Assembly: GCA_002104945.1 (NCBI GenBank)
Contig: MCFH01000009.1
Location: 1-64,000 of the forward strand
Length of the DNA: 64,000 nt
Reading direction: 5' to 3'
From: Piromyces finnis finn
Lineage: Eukaryota; Fungi; Neocallimastigomycota
A program made the translations under genes and the position numbers. Positions 19,701-33,078 of this stretch are shown here, one piece after another (positions within the stretch are counted from its first letter, which is position 1; each line of letters starts with the position of its first letter). The notes beneath the pieces were generated by a model, which saw only the letters and a program-made list of their open reading frames with translations, was not told the DNA's origin and did not search any database.

Positions 19701-21794
19701 AAACAAATTCAATTAAATTTACCCCTACTCAAGTAGAAGCTATTCATTCTGGTACTTCACCAGGTTTAACCATGATTGTAGGTCCTCCTGGTACTGGTAA
19801 AACTGATGTTGCGGTTCAAATAATATCAAATATATATCATAATTACCCTGAACAGCATACTTTGTTAGTTACGCATAGTAATCAAGCTTTAAATCAGCTT
19901 TTTGAAAAAATCGTTGAATTAGATATTAATCCATGTCATTTATTACGTCTTGGTCATGGTGAAGAAGAATTAAATATAGAAGGTGATGGTTCATGGGGAA
20001 AATATGGTCGTGTTAATTCTTATCTCGAAAAGCGTATTGAATTATTAGCAAAGGTTGATAAATTAGCAAAAAGTTTAGATATTCCTGGAGAACATGGCTA
20101 TACCTGTGAAACTGCTAGTTATTTCTATCAATACCATATAATGAATATTTGGGAAAATTATCATCATCCTTTGATTCAAAGTATAAAACAAAATACTGCT
20201 ACAAGAGAAGATATCATTGATGATTTCCCATTTAAAAAATTCTTTGAAGATGCTCCACAACCCTTATTACCAGAAAAGGCATCTATAAATGAGATTTTAG
20301 AAATTGTAGAAGGATGCTTCTATCATATTCGAAAAGTTTTTGAACAGTTAGATGAAATTAGAGCTTTTGAACTTCTTAGAACAAATTCTGATCGTGCTAA
20401 CTATTTATTAGTTAAAGAAGCTAAGATAGTTACTATGACTTGTACCCATGCTGCATTAAAAAGAAGGGAATTAGTTGCTTTAGGATTTAAGTATGATAAC
20501 GTTATTATGGAAGAATCTGCTCAAATTTTGGAAGTTGAAACCTTTATTCCATTATTATTACAATCCGATGAAGGTGAAAGTCGTTTAAAAAGAGTAATTT
20601 TAATTGGTGATCATAATCAATTACCACCTGTAGTTAAAAGTATGGCTTTCCAAAAATACGGAAATATGGAACAAAGTTTATTCACACGTTTCATTCGTTT
20701 AGGTGTTCCATATATTGAATTAGATAAGCAAGCTCGTGCTAGATCAAGTATAGCTGAATTATATAGATGGAAATATCGTCAACTTGGTGATTTAGAAGCT
20801 GTATTAAAACAACCAGAATATACATTTGCTAATCCTGGTTTTGCATATGATTATCAATTTATTGATGTTAATGATGGGAAAGAAAGTGAACCAATTCCAT
20901 ATTTCTATCAAAACATTAATGAAGCTGAAATGATAGTAGCAACATTCCAATATATGAGAATTTTAGGTTATCCAGCTGATAAAATTACTATTCTTACAAC
21001 TTATAATGGTCAAAAGCAATTAATTAGAGATGTATTAAGAAGAAGATGTTCATGGAATCCAATATTTGGAAAACCTCATAAAGTAACTACTGTCGATAAG
21101 TATCAAGGTCAACAAAACGACTTTGTCTTACTTTCATTAGTAAGAACAAAGAATGTTGGTCATTTACGTGATCCAAGACGTCTTATAGTAGCAATGTCAC
21201 GTGCTCGTTTAGGTCTTTATGTCTTTGGTTGCTTGAAACTTTTCTCTAATTGTTATGAATTAAAACCAACCTTTGAACAATTCTTAAAAAGACCTACTTC
21301 TCTTATTGTTCATGCCGATGAAACTTATGCTTTATTAGAATCTGCAATTACTGAATCTAAAGATGCATTAAATAAAATGGATATTGATAACAATACAAAA
21401 TTGAAAAAACAATCTTCTACTTTCCGTAAAGTTGACTGTTATGATATGACAAAGAAGGGAAATGAAGTAATAAAAGATAAAACATTTATCATTGAGAATA
21501 TGGAACATATGGGACAATATGTTTATCAAGTAAGTTTTTATTATTCTTTTTTTTTTTTTTTTTTAAAAAAATTAATATTAATTTAATTAATTTTTATAAT
21601 TATATATATAATAGTTAACTCAAGATGTATTAGAATTTATGAAGAAAGAAAAATTAAAAGAAGAAGCCGAAAAAAAGGAAGCTGAAGAAACAGCTAAAAA
21701 TGAAGATATTGAGACCTCTGAAATAGATGAAAATAATGAAGAAATTAATGAAAAAATTAAAGATAATGAAATGATGGCAGAAGACAATGAATAA
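16796..21794 (+). CDS. AQR: Aquarius/IBP160/Cwf11 intron-binding spliceosomal SF1 (Upf1-like) helicase (4 exons)
   Basis: Motifs include [57 protein letters not shown], Walker A GPPGTGKTD, HSNQALNQLFEK, MEESAQILE, LIGDHNQLPP and TTVDKYQGQQND. Exons are about 16796-17169, 17258-17671, 17782-21529 and 21615-21794. Confidence 0.95.
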
Positions 21795-22676
21795 AACAAA
21801 TTAATATCAGTTTTAAATTTATAATCCATTTAATTATTTATTATTATTTTTATTTTTTTTTTATTTTTTTTTTTTTTTGTAATTTTATTTTATTTTATTT
21901 TTTTAAATTTTTCGAATTTATTTTTACTTCCATTTTATTAATTTAATAATTCTATTAAATAAAAATAATAAAGAATATTAATTATCATTTAATTTATTTA
22001 TTGCCTTTCTTTTATATATATATAATATATCTTAAATAATAATAAAATAAAATTTTATTAATGTAAAAATTATAATTAATTAATTACACATTGTATAATT
22101 TATAATTTATTATTATTTATTAATAATTCTATGCAATCAATCACAGGTTAATAAAGCCTTAATTATCCAATCAAATAATAAAATCTAAAATATAAGTAAA
22201 AAAAAAAAAAAAGTTTTTTTTAGGTCTGTCTTTATAAAAAAAAGTTTTATGATTGTCAGTTTATTAATAAAGGAAAGTAATGTTGAAATGTTTTATAAAT
22301 AAATGAATTGTAAAACAATTTAATATTTATAATGAAATATATATTCTTGAAAAAAACGTAATGATTTTTTTTTTCGCATTCACTTAAGCTTCTATTCTGT
22401 AAAAGTGAATAGTAAACTCATTCAAATGCGATATAATAAAAAGATTTAAAATATATTTTTTTTGTTGATTAAAAAATCGTGATATTTCTATCTTAATTAT
22501 ATCGAAGTAAATTTATTTATAAAAATACTTATAATTTACTTTGATTTAATAGGAGTATCTAACATTTTAAAATTTAATAAATATAACTATTTTGAGATAG
22601 TTAAAAGGTTGATATATTAATTGAAATAAAATAAGATTTTTATTATAAAAAAAAAGTGCTTATTATTTATGAATGC

Positions 22677-22707
<31 letters not shown>

Positions 22708-23731
22708 TAACAATATTTAAAATATTTATCATATTAATAATAATGAATAATATTTGTTTTTATAAGTATTTATAGTAAATTTATATAATTTTATTATAAA
22801 TTAATGTCTTTTTATTTTTATTGTTTAAATATTTCAAATTTCAAAATTAGTTATTTTAATTTATTATTAATTTGTATAAGGAAAAGGTTTAATAACGAAA
22901 AAATAATATTATTAAATATTTAAAAAAAAGATGTTAACCTTCTAAAGTAACCTTAATGATATTAACAAATTATTTAGAGTTATTTATAAATAATGTTAGA
23001 ATTAACAAACTTATTTAATTAATAAGATATATTTAGTAAAATTGGTGTTATTAGGACTAGTTTGAAAATTAACTTTTAATCAGAGTACATTTTTAATTTT
23101 ATATATTAATAATTATTTCCTTTCTTTTATAAATGTATATTAATAAAATATATTTTTTAACAAAAATTAAAGTAAAAATATAAGAAATTATAAATAGTTA
23201 AAATATTAGAACACCATAAATATAAGAAAATTTTAGGAAACTTACTATTTCATATTTTTATAATATATGTGAAATATTATAAAAAAGTTATTCAGAAGAA
23301 GTTATAACCTGATAAGTTTATGTTTAGAAAAATAAGCCATATAAGTGAATAAATTAAATAATTTTATGATTTTTGTTATAAACTTTATATATTTATGGTA
23401 TCCTTTGTCATATTTAACCAATAACATTTTTTTTAATATAATATATAAATATAAAAATGAAATATGGAATTTAAAGAATAATTTAACATTCTTTATTACT
23501 TTTATTTTATTATTATTTTTGGTTTATTAAACTCTTAGCTTTATGAAAAATAAGTACCAAAATGCAAATATCTATCTCTCTTTTTTTTTTTTTTTTAATA
23601 GTTTTTATTTATTTATTTATTTTTAATAAAATATAATAATTTATATGATAAAAAATTTACAATTTACTAGTCTATGATTCAATAATAAAATAGTATATTA
23701 AAATATAAACATTGACATTGTTTTATTCTTT

Positions 23732-25960
23732 TTAACATGAATAGCTAATGGAGCACCAGGCATTGTTTTCAACACCCCATCTACCATTTTTATCAGTGGT
23801 GACTACTATACATCCTTGACAGCATGGGTATTTTCCTGTAGTAGCACCATAGCATTGTCCTGAAGCTGAATTTGCTTGACAAATACTTTGTTTAATACCA
23901 CACCATTGACCATGTTCAACACCCCATTTTCCATCTTTGTCAGTGTAAACAACGGAACAACCATTACAACAACTATATCCTAATACATCAGACCAACAAT
24001 CAGAAGCATCATTCCATAGATTGTTTTGGTTGTTATTATTATTCCATTGATTGTTGTTGTTATTCCATTGGTTGTTATTGTTGTTCCATTGATTGTTATT
24101 GTTATTATTATTGTTGTCCCATTGATTGTTATTGTTATTATTATTCCATTGATTGTTGTTGTTATTCCATTGGTTGTTATTGTTGTTCCATTGATTGTTA
24201 TTGTTATTATTATTGTTGTCCCATTGATTGTTATTGTTATTATTATTGTTGTTCCATTGGTTGTTATTGTTATTACCTTCACTATTATTGCTATTAGTAT
24301 TGTTATTGTTAGTATTCCATTGATTATTGTTATTATTGCTGCTACCACTACTATAGTTGAAACTCTTTGGTGTATACTTTAATGATTCACTTAGAATTTC
24401 ACTTTGGTCAAAGTTATATTGTTTACATGCAACTTCAAATTTACCTTTAATCCATGACTTTACACCTTCGGTACCATTGGAATTTCCTTCAATATTACGT
24501 TCAAATTCACTGACAGATGAGTTATGTGGATTACCTCTCTTGTTTACTCTTCCTGGAAGTCTTCCATCTTTGCCTGGAGTAGTATCTTCTTTAACATATG
24601 GTAAAAGGAATTGTTTAATTTGATCAATATGATCACCAAGAATTGTTGGGTTAAAAGCAGAAATTAAAACTTCACGAACAATTCCCTTAAATCTATCTGG
24701 ATTGTCAAGAACAAGAGTTTTAATAATTGGGATATCTAATTCCCATTCAGCAAATGAATAATTAATAACATTATTTTGATTTCCTCCCCAATTATTCCAT
24801 CCTTGATTATTTTGATTATTGTTTTGACTGCTAGCACCTGTTCTCTTACCAGTCCAGTATACTGGGAAAGAAACACCATTACCAAAAGTATTATCATAAT
24901 CGTATTCAATAATAACCCATTTATTATCACTTTCTCTCTTATAGAAATAGAAATTATGACCTAAAACTAAAAAGTGATCAAAAGATCCAATTAACCATTC
25001 CATAGCCATGAATTTTAAGAATACATCAACATCCATAATTTTTTCAAGTTCTTCTATAGTAGTTGCAGAACTTACTTGTCTTACAAATTCATTAAAGGAT
25101 GTCATATCTGGGTAATCTTCATTAGCATTCATACATAAAGATTCTGATCCTGGCTTTAAAGTCATACCATCATATTTACATTGAATAAGATTGGTTACTT
25201 CTTCAGCAGCTGGTTTGAAAGTTTGTTTAACCCATGATGTTTTAATAGTATCCATTACAGTATATAATCCCCAATATTCATTATTAATATAAAGTCTTGC
25301 GTAAGCAGATTGAATGGATGGTAAACCAATTCTGTTAGCAATATCACATGAAATTTTTGAACGCATGTAAGCCATATCATTTGGATCTGGTCTAATTCTA
25401 ATTTGTTTTCTACCCAAAAATTTTTCATTTAATTTAATATTATAACCAACTTTATCATTTGAACGAGCATACATTCCACCAGTCTTAAAAGTTACATTTT
25501 CAAAAAGAGTTTCTTGTCTATTTAATATTCATTTTTTTAAATATATACATTTATACAATTAGCAAAAATATTCATTTTAATTTTATTAAAAATCCTGTTA
25601 TTTTAAAGCTTTTTTATATATACCCATTCATTTTGATAGCTAAGGAAGCTTCCTTATATATAAAATCTTGAAGATTTTTTGCCTGTCCGTTTGCAACTTG
25701 ATTTTCAGCAATTTGAACAATTTGTAATAATTTATCAACCTCAGTTGTTGGAATAGTGAAGTAAAGATCAATCATTTTGAAATCAGCTTCAGCAAATGAT
25801 CTCTCCAATCCACTTAAATATGAACATAATACAGTGGATACTATTTTATTTAATAAAAATAAAAGTAAAAATATTTAATTACATATATCTTTTTAAATAA
25901 TAATTTATAAAAATATTTATCAATTATACCTAATAGTGATAAAACAAAAAAGAACTTCAT
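23732..25960 (-). CDS. cotH: Secreted CotH-family kinase with Asn/Gln/Trp linker and two fungal dockerins (3 exons)
   Basis: Signal peptide [10 protein letters not shown]|VSTVLC (exon 25930-25960). CotH core: [65 protein letters not shown]. Two C-terminal CC-x-C...DGKWGVE-x-x-x-WC dockerins. Confidence 0.92.
24012..24345 (-). repeat. Coding repeat of QW(N)5-9 units with a 102-bp (34-aa) higher-order duplication
   Basis: ATTCCATTGATTGTTGTTGTTATTCCATTGG occurs at 24041 and 24143. The protein unit is QWDN8-QWN5-QWN5-QWN7. Confidence 0.95.
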
Positions 25961-28014
25961 TTTTTAATATTATATATTATCAAAATATACAATCTTTTTT
26001 TTTTTTTTAAATAATTATATAATCAATATATAATTTTATCTGGTAAAAACTTTATATAAATCCTTAAATTAATTACACTTTTTCTATTTTAAAAATTATC
26101 TTTTATTTACAAAATAAAAAGTGTTCCTAAAAAAAAATAATCATACAAAACCTTCTTTTTTATAAGAAAAAAAAAAGCATTTTTAAGATTTGCAAATAAT
26201 AAATTTTAATAATTATTATTTTTTTTTTTCCTCCATCAATAAATTTATTAATAAATTAAATAATAAAACATGTTTAATATAATTTTAATTTATTTGGATG
26301 TATTAAAATATATCATAATATATACTCGATTATATAATTTATATATATAAAACTTTAATTCATATATGATTTTTTAAAATAATATAAGATAGAGTTTTTT
26401 AAAATTTGATGAAAAGAATGTTAATAATTAAGTATTATATAAAGTGATCAACTTTTATATAAATTAATTTAATATAATTAATATATAACATTTTTTTTTC
26501 CAAAGAAAAAAACTCTTTAAAAATTTGAAAAAAGTTTAGAAATATGATTTGTTCATTATTATTATTATTATTATAATTATTATTATATTTTTAAAATAAA
26601 AAAAAAAAAAAGTAATATATGATATGATAATAATTAAAAAACCAACTATACATTAATATCTTTATTGAAAATAGCATTGATAATATTAGATATTTCATTA
26701 TCCCACCATTTAAAAAATATCCCATTCATTAAAAAAAAAAATATCCCATAAATGGTATAACACCATAATATTTTTTTTAATAAACTTAAATTTCTTGACA
26801 GTATGGTAACTATTGGTTTGTACATTAATTTGTGTAATAATTTAAATTAAAATAATTACTATTAAATTTTTATCTTAAATGCTTTTTTTAACGGCTTCTC
26901 AAAGAAAAACAAATGTTAAAAAGTATATTATTATTTAAACTGAAAAAAGAAAACCATTTTATATATAATATTTAATATTATGCATTTTTAAATATATTAT
27001 GATATATTGTATAAAACTAGTTTTTTAATTTATTTATTATTTCTTTTTAAAGTTTTATCATAACCAAAAATTTGATTTTATTAGAAAATCTATAAAAAAC
27101 TTTTATAATAAATTTTCTGATATTTTGAAATGTACAATATAGTTTTTATTTTTTATTTTTAACCTATAATGTACAATAATTATATGAATTTTTATTGAGC
27201 AATATACAAAGCAACTATATAATTATTTGAAATGATTGATTATATAAGAACTTAAATTGTTCAAGAAAAAAAAATAGTTTTTTTTTCATATAAAAGAAAT
27301 GTTAATTTGATAAACTTTTATTTTCATGTTTTTTTCTTTATAAAATTAAAGATTTAAATAAATTTATAAAACGAAATTATTATAATGAACATGTATTAAA
27401 TAATACAAGTCGAAATGCATTTTTTAATATGCAAACTTTATAATTATCTATACAATTTTTTACAAAAGATAATAAATAATATATAGCTTGAATAGACTTT
27501 TAATAGTTATTTAAAAATATATAATAGATAATATAAAACTGTAAAATAGTCTATCAATACAACTCTTAATAAAGGTTATTTTAAAATTGATATTTTTCTT
27601 TCTTGTTTTTATTAAATATAATTTTTTCATTAAAATATTAAGTAGAGTCAAAAATATAATTAAATTGAATCATTTGTGTCATTTTAATTTTTATTCTAGA
27701 AATCTATGGTAAAATCTATATCAGCTGACCTGTCACTTTTTTAATAAAACATCAATTTTATACTATGCTTTTATTATTTAATTTAAATTTTTAAATAAAT
27801 AATTCAATGATGATAATTAAAATTTTAATTTAAATTATAAAAAAAATATTGTTTTTTTTTTTTTTATAATTTAATACTAAATTATAAATTCGAAATGTTA
27901 AAAGTAAAATTTAAAATCACAATTATATAATAAATAAATAAATATACATTATTAAAATTTTAAAATAAAATAACTTATCAATAAAATTAATATACTAAAA
28001 GTAAATTAAAAAAA

Positions 28015-31000
28015 ATGGATGAAAATTATCTTCATAAAGAGTCATTACTTAATAAAAAAAGAAAACTTGATAAAGGTAAAGAAGAAGAAAGTTATTCAGA
28101 TGTAATAAAAAAAAGTCATATTCATAAATCTCCCTCATCAATACTTTCACGTAAAAGGTTATCTGATAGTAATTTTAATTTTAATATTAGTTCCTCAGAC
28201 GCATTATACCAATCTTTAGATTCAAATTGGGAACTTCCAGAGAATAAAAATGATGCAACTTTTTCACAAAGTAATTTAAATTTTATTTCTAATGAAGAAA
28301 TTAATGAAATCGGAAGCACAAAAATAACAATTAATGAGCCACCAGACATTCCCATTATTGAAGAATTTGATGAACAAAACGAACCTTTTTCCTTTTTTAA
28401 TAGTAAAACATTACAATATGAATATACTACTGAAGGAATAGTTAATAATAATAATGTTTCAAATAAATATAATTATAATATTATCCCAGCTTATTCAAAC
28501 ACAACAAGCAATAAGCATGAATTTCACAGACAGGAATCTTCACTCGTTCCGTTCAAACAAGGTTCACAAGTTATATTATATAATAATAATAATACTGGTC
28601 AAATTGTATTATATAATAAAGCAAATAAAAGTTTATCCATCCATAAAGTCAGACAACTATCAAAAGTATGGATTACATAATATATTTTTTATAAAAATAT
28701 TTAAATTTTTATAATTCATTTATATTTACCATTCTAATTAACTTGCCATTTTATCATAAATTATCTAATAGGAGATAATATCAAGAAATAAACGTTGCAT
28801 TTTATGTAATCAATTATTACCGCCAGAGAGAGAAAACATTAATAACAATATATTTAAAGATAGTCACACTTATACAGATACAAACTATTTTAAATTATTG
28901 GCTCGTTCATTAACATATAATAAAAATCCAACATTAACTGATATCAGTAATAGTGATAATGAAATAGACTCATCACCTATTCATAGTGTTAATAGTGCAG
29001 AGAATATTATCAATTTACTAAACGATAATTCTAATACAAATTATGAGCACATATATACAAATCCTACTATTACAATTATAAATTCAAGTAAAGAAGGATC
29101 TAAAAATGAAGATGAAGGTGGAAATTTAGAAGAGAAAAATATTACTAATAATGAAAATAATAATAGAAATAATGAAGTAACTGATTCAGAAGGAGCAACA
29201 ACATATCTTTCCGACTCAAGTTTTAATAATGGATACTATGAGAGATTTTTTATTGAACGTAAAAAATTAGGTAGAGGTTATCGAGGAAGTGTATTTTTAT
29301 GTCACCATGTATTGGATCAAGTATTTTTAGGAGAATATGCAATTAAAAAAGTAGCAGTTGGTAAATATTAGTTTTATTTTTTATTATATAATAAAAGAAA
29401 TACTTTCTATATATAAATTTTTTTTAATTTAATTTTTTTGTGAATATTACTCAATTTATATAATACTATTAGGTAATAATCATCAATGGTTAGTTAGAAT
29501 GCTAAAAGAAGTTATGTTATTAGAAAAATTAAGAAATCAAAATGTAAACAAAGCATATATATTTCATTTAAAAATATATTTCCTCACAAAAAAAAAAAAA
29601 TAAAAATAAAATTTTTATGAATAAAAGTTATTTTTATAGTTTTCTATTTTATAATACTAATATTATAATTAAATACAAATGAAAATATATTAGATTATTG
29701 AATATAAACATGCATGGTTAGAAGAACATAAATTTAGTACATTTGGTCCTAAAGTCCCTTGTTTATTTATTCTCATGGAAAGAGCAAATGGTGGTAATTT
29801 AGAAGAATACATTCAACTACAATGGAATCCAGACGAAAAATTAGAAAATGCATTATCTGTTAAAGAAAAAATCAAAAGAAAAAGATTACAAATGAAGGCG
29901 GCCCAAAATCAAGCAAGAGATAATAGAGCTCAATATTTTGGTGGAATAGGATATGACTTTTTAGGTAAAAGAGTACGTTATTTAACAACAGAAGCTATTT
30001 GGAAAATATTTTTAGATATTTGTTATGGATTAAATCATTTACATGAAGTAAGAGTTATAAAAAAAAATTTTTTTTTTCATAAAAATACCAATTATTCATA
30101 ATAATTACTTTCTTTTATTTTTAATAATGAATTCACTAAAATCAATTTTTTTTTCTTCTTTATTTAGTTAGGTATTATTCATAGAGACCTCAAGCCTCCA
30201 AATTTATTATTACAATATAAAGATCCAAATAATCAAGAAGAAATTCCAAAAGTTTTAATTTCCGATTTTGGTGAATGTGAAATTCTTTCTCATTTAGAAA
30301 AACGTCAAAGAACAGGTGCTACTGGTACTTTAGAATTTATGGCTGTAAGTATGACTTATATATATAAAATAAAAGTATTATATACAATAAGATAAATTAA
30401 TCTTTTTTTTTTTTTTTATTTTTCATTTCTAATGAATAATGAATTTAATAAATTATATTTTTTAATAATAAAAAAAAATAATTATATAGCCGGTAAGTGT
30501 TAGATTTAAATAATTAAAACATTAAAATTAATTACATTTAATTAACTAGATTATAATTATATAATTATTTTTTACCATTGTTTTTTTTAAAAATATATAT
30601 ATAAACATATAAAATCTATTTTATATAGGAATTATTAATATCAGATGAAAATGGACATTACTATGATGATTATTCATCAAATTCTGATTTATGGAGTTTA
30701 GGAGTAGTATTATATTATATTTGCTTTTCTGAAATGCCATATAGTCAAGTAGATGATATTGATATTTTAAAAAATGAGATTTTAAATTTAACAACTGTTC
30801 ATTTTAAAAATGATAATAATTCTAATCGTGTTCCAAAAGAATTAAAATCTTTGATCAAAAAATTAATGGTGAAAGAACCAACTAAAAGGCCAAAAGCAAG
30901 AGAAATTTTAAACTTATATGGAGGTTATAAAGACGTAATATATAAAAATTCATAAAATATATTTTAAATATTTATTTATTTGATATTATACTATTATTAT

Positions 31001-31172
31001 TACATATGATATATAAAATGAATATATATATATATATAATTATTATACTATTGCTCTTATTATATAGTAGTATAAATATTATGTATTAGAAATATGCAAA
31101 ACTAATAATAATAATAGATAATAATATATAAATATAATATAAAAAAGAATAAGACTATAAATTTTTCTAGTA

Positions 31173-31209
<37 letters not shown>

Positions 31210-33039
31210 TTGAAAATATTAATATTTTAAATAATATTTATATAAATATATAAATATTTTATTGATCATCATTAGGGTACTGGAATAAAAATATCTTCAA
31301 GTGTTGATAATTTATCAAAATTTTCATTAAATTCAAATTCAGCATCAACATCAACCAAGAATCTAAATGAAATGGATTCAGTATCAATAAAAAAAGAAAA
31401 TAATAAAAATAATAATAATTATGATAGTAATTATTTAACACCCCTTCAAAATACAAAAATTTCAAAAAGTAAAATAAAAAAAAACGAAAATGAAACTTAT
31501 ATTATAAATAGAAATGAAAAAGGAAAAGGAAAAGATAATGACAATGAAAATGAGAATGAAAACATTTATAAAGAAAATGAAGATGATAAAATAAAAATAG
31601 AAATCAAAGAAAAATTAGAAAAAGATGTAATTATTGAAAATAAAAAAAATAATAAAGAAATAATAGACGAGCCTTTGTCTTTTCATGCTGAAAAAAGAAT
31701 TGTACCCTTTAATCATAATCGATCAAAATCCCTTCCTCAACAATTCAATAATCAAATCTATGCAACTTATAAAAACAAGCAACAATCAAATAATATTATA
31801 AAAGAAGGAAATGAAACTTTTGATATATTAGAAACACATAAATCCGAAAAAAGTTTAGTACAATACCGTAAATTTGAACATCCTGAACGATTATTACCTA
31901 CTCAAACTTATCCACCTATCAAACATAATGATAAAGAGTATTCATCATCTAGATCGACAAATCTCATTGAAAAACATCAAAAGAAAGAAAAATGGATAAA
32001 CGAAAATGACTACACAAAAGAAATTATAAAGAAAAAATCAAGAGAAATCATAAATGATCGAAAAAGAAAAAAGAAATTTATTGGTAAATATTTATATATA
32101 TATATATTTTTTTTTTTACAAATAAAATAGTTAATTTTAAATAAAATATTATAAAAAAAATTATTTTTTTATAGATACTATAAAATTTTATATACTTATT
32201 CCTTTTTTTTTTTTTTTTTTCCTCTGTAATATTAATAAATTTAGACTCATTAAGATTATTGATTTATGAATACTTTTCAATATCCAATCTTCAAGAAATC
32301 ATAGATATTTTAAAGAAAAATATATTAAATAAAGAGTTAATGAATAGTTTTCAAAATTGGCTTGATTATAATTTAGATATTGGAAAAGAATTAAAAAACC
32401 ATAAAAAGAAAAAACATTCAAAAAGAAAGCATACGCATCATCATATTCATTATAATTCAAAATTCTATTTTCTACGTTTTAATCATACCAAAATTCAACC
32501 ATCAGCATCAAAAAAAAAAATTGTAAAAAAAGAAGATCAAATTATTAAATATAATTCTCATGCCCATATTCTAAAAAAGAATAATAAAAATTATATAAAT
32601 ATAGCAACACAATTTAATAAAGTTCTTCATCAAAATTTCGTTATTATTAATATTCTTTTATTTATTCTAAAGGTAAAATAAAATAAAATGAATAAATAAA
32701 AAAAGGAATAATAACAATAATAATTTGATAATAATTTATTTCTTTTATTTTAATATAACCATATTAACTTCATTACTTATAGGCAAGTCTAATGTATCAA
32801 ATTTTATACCCAAATAAATTATATTTTACTCTAATATTATTTTTTACCCTTTATAAATCAAATTTATTAAGGTATGTTTTAAAATAATAAATTTAAAAAT
32901 AAATAAATAAATAAAGTTCTAAAAGTATTATTACTATTTTATATAATATAGGATAAATTTAATATCTATAATTATATATTCTATTATCGATTTATCATGT
33001 TTTTATTTCATTAAAAAAAATGATTTCATAAATTTTATA

Positions 33040-33045
<6 letters not shown>
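28015..33045 (+). CDS. IKS1: IKS1-family Ser/Thr kinase with long C-terminal extension and predicted C-terminal membrane segments (multi-exon, includes a 3-nt micro-exon)
   Basis: GQIVLYN, CILCNQL, NYFKLL, FFIERKKLGRGYRGSVFLCHHVLDQVFLGEYAIKKVAVG, HAWLEEHKFSTFGPKVPCLFILMERANGGNL, HRDLKPPNLLL, ISDFGEC, GATGTLEFMA|P|ELL and DLWSLG. The phase-0 join GGYKD|GTGIK links ORF 31372-32130, then ORF 32259-32681 and two hydrophobic exons up to TAA 33043-33045. The kinase core is firm; the 3' exons are less certain. Confidence 0.85.

Positions 33046-33078
<33 letters not shown>

Noticed and set aside
24012-24345. Regularly spaced short repeats resembling a CRISPR array
   Set aside because: The spacers are themselves AAC/AAT repeats, all in frame within a eukaryotic CDS, and no cas genes are present.
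23980-24623. Hydrophobic Ile/Val/Thr ORFs overlapping CotH-1
   Set aside because: Other frames and the antisense strand of the QW-Asn repeat; the CotH frame explains the sequence.
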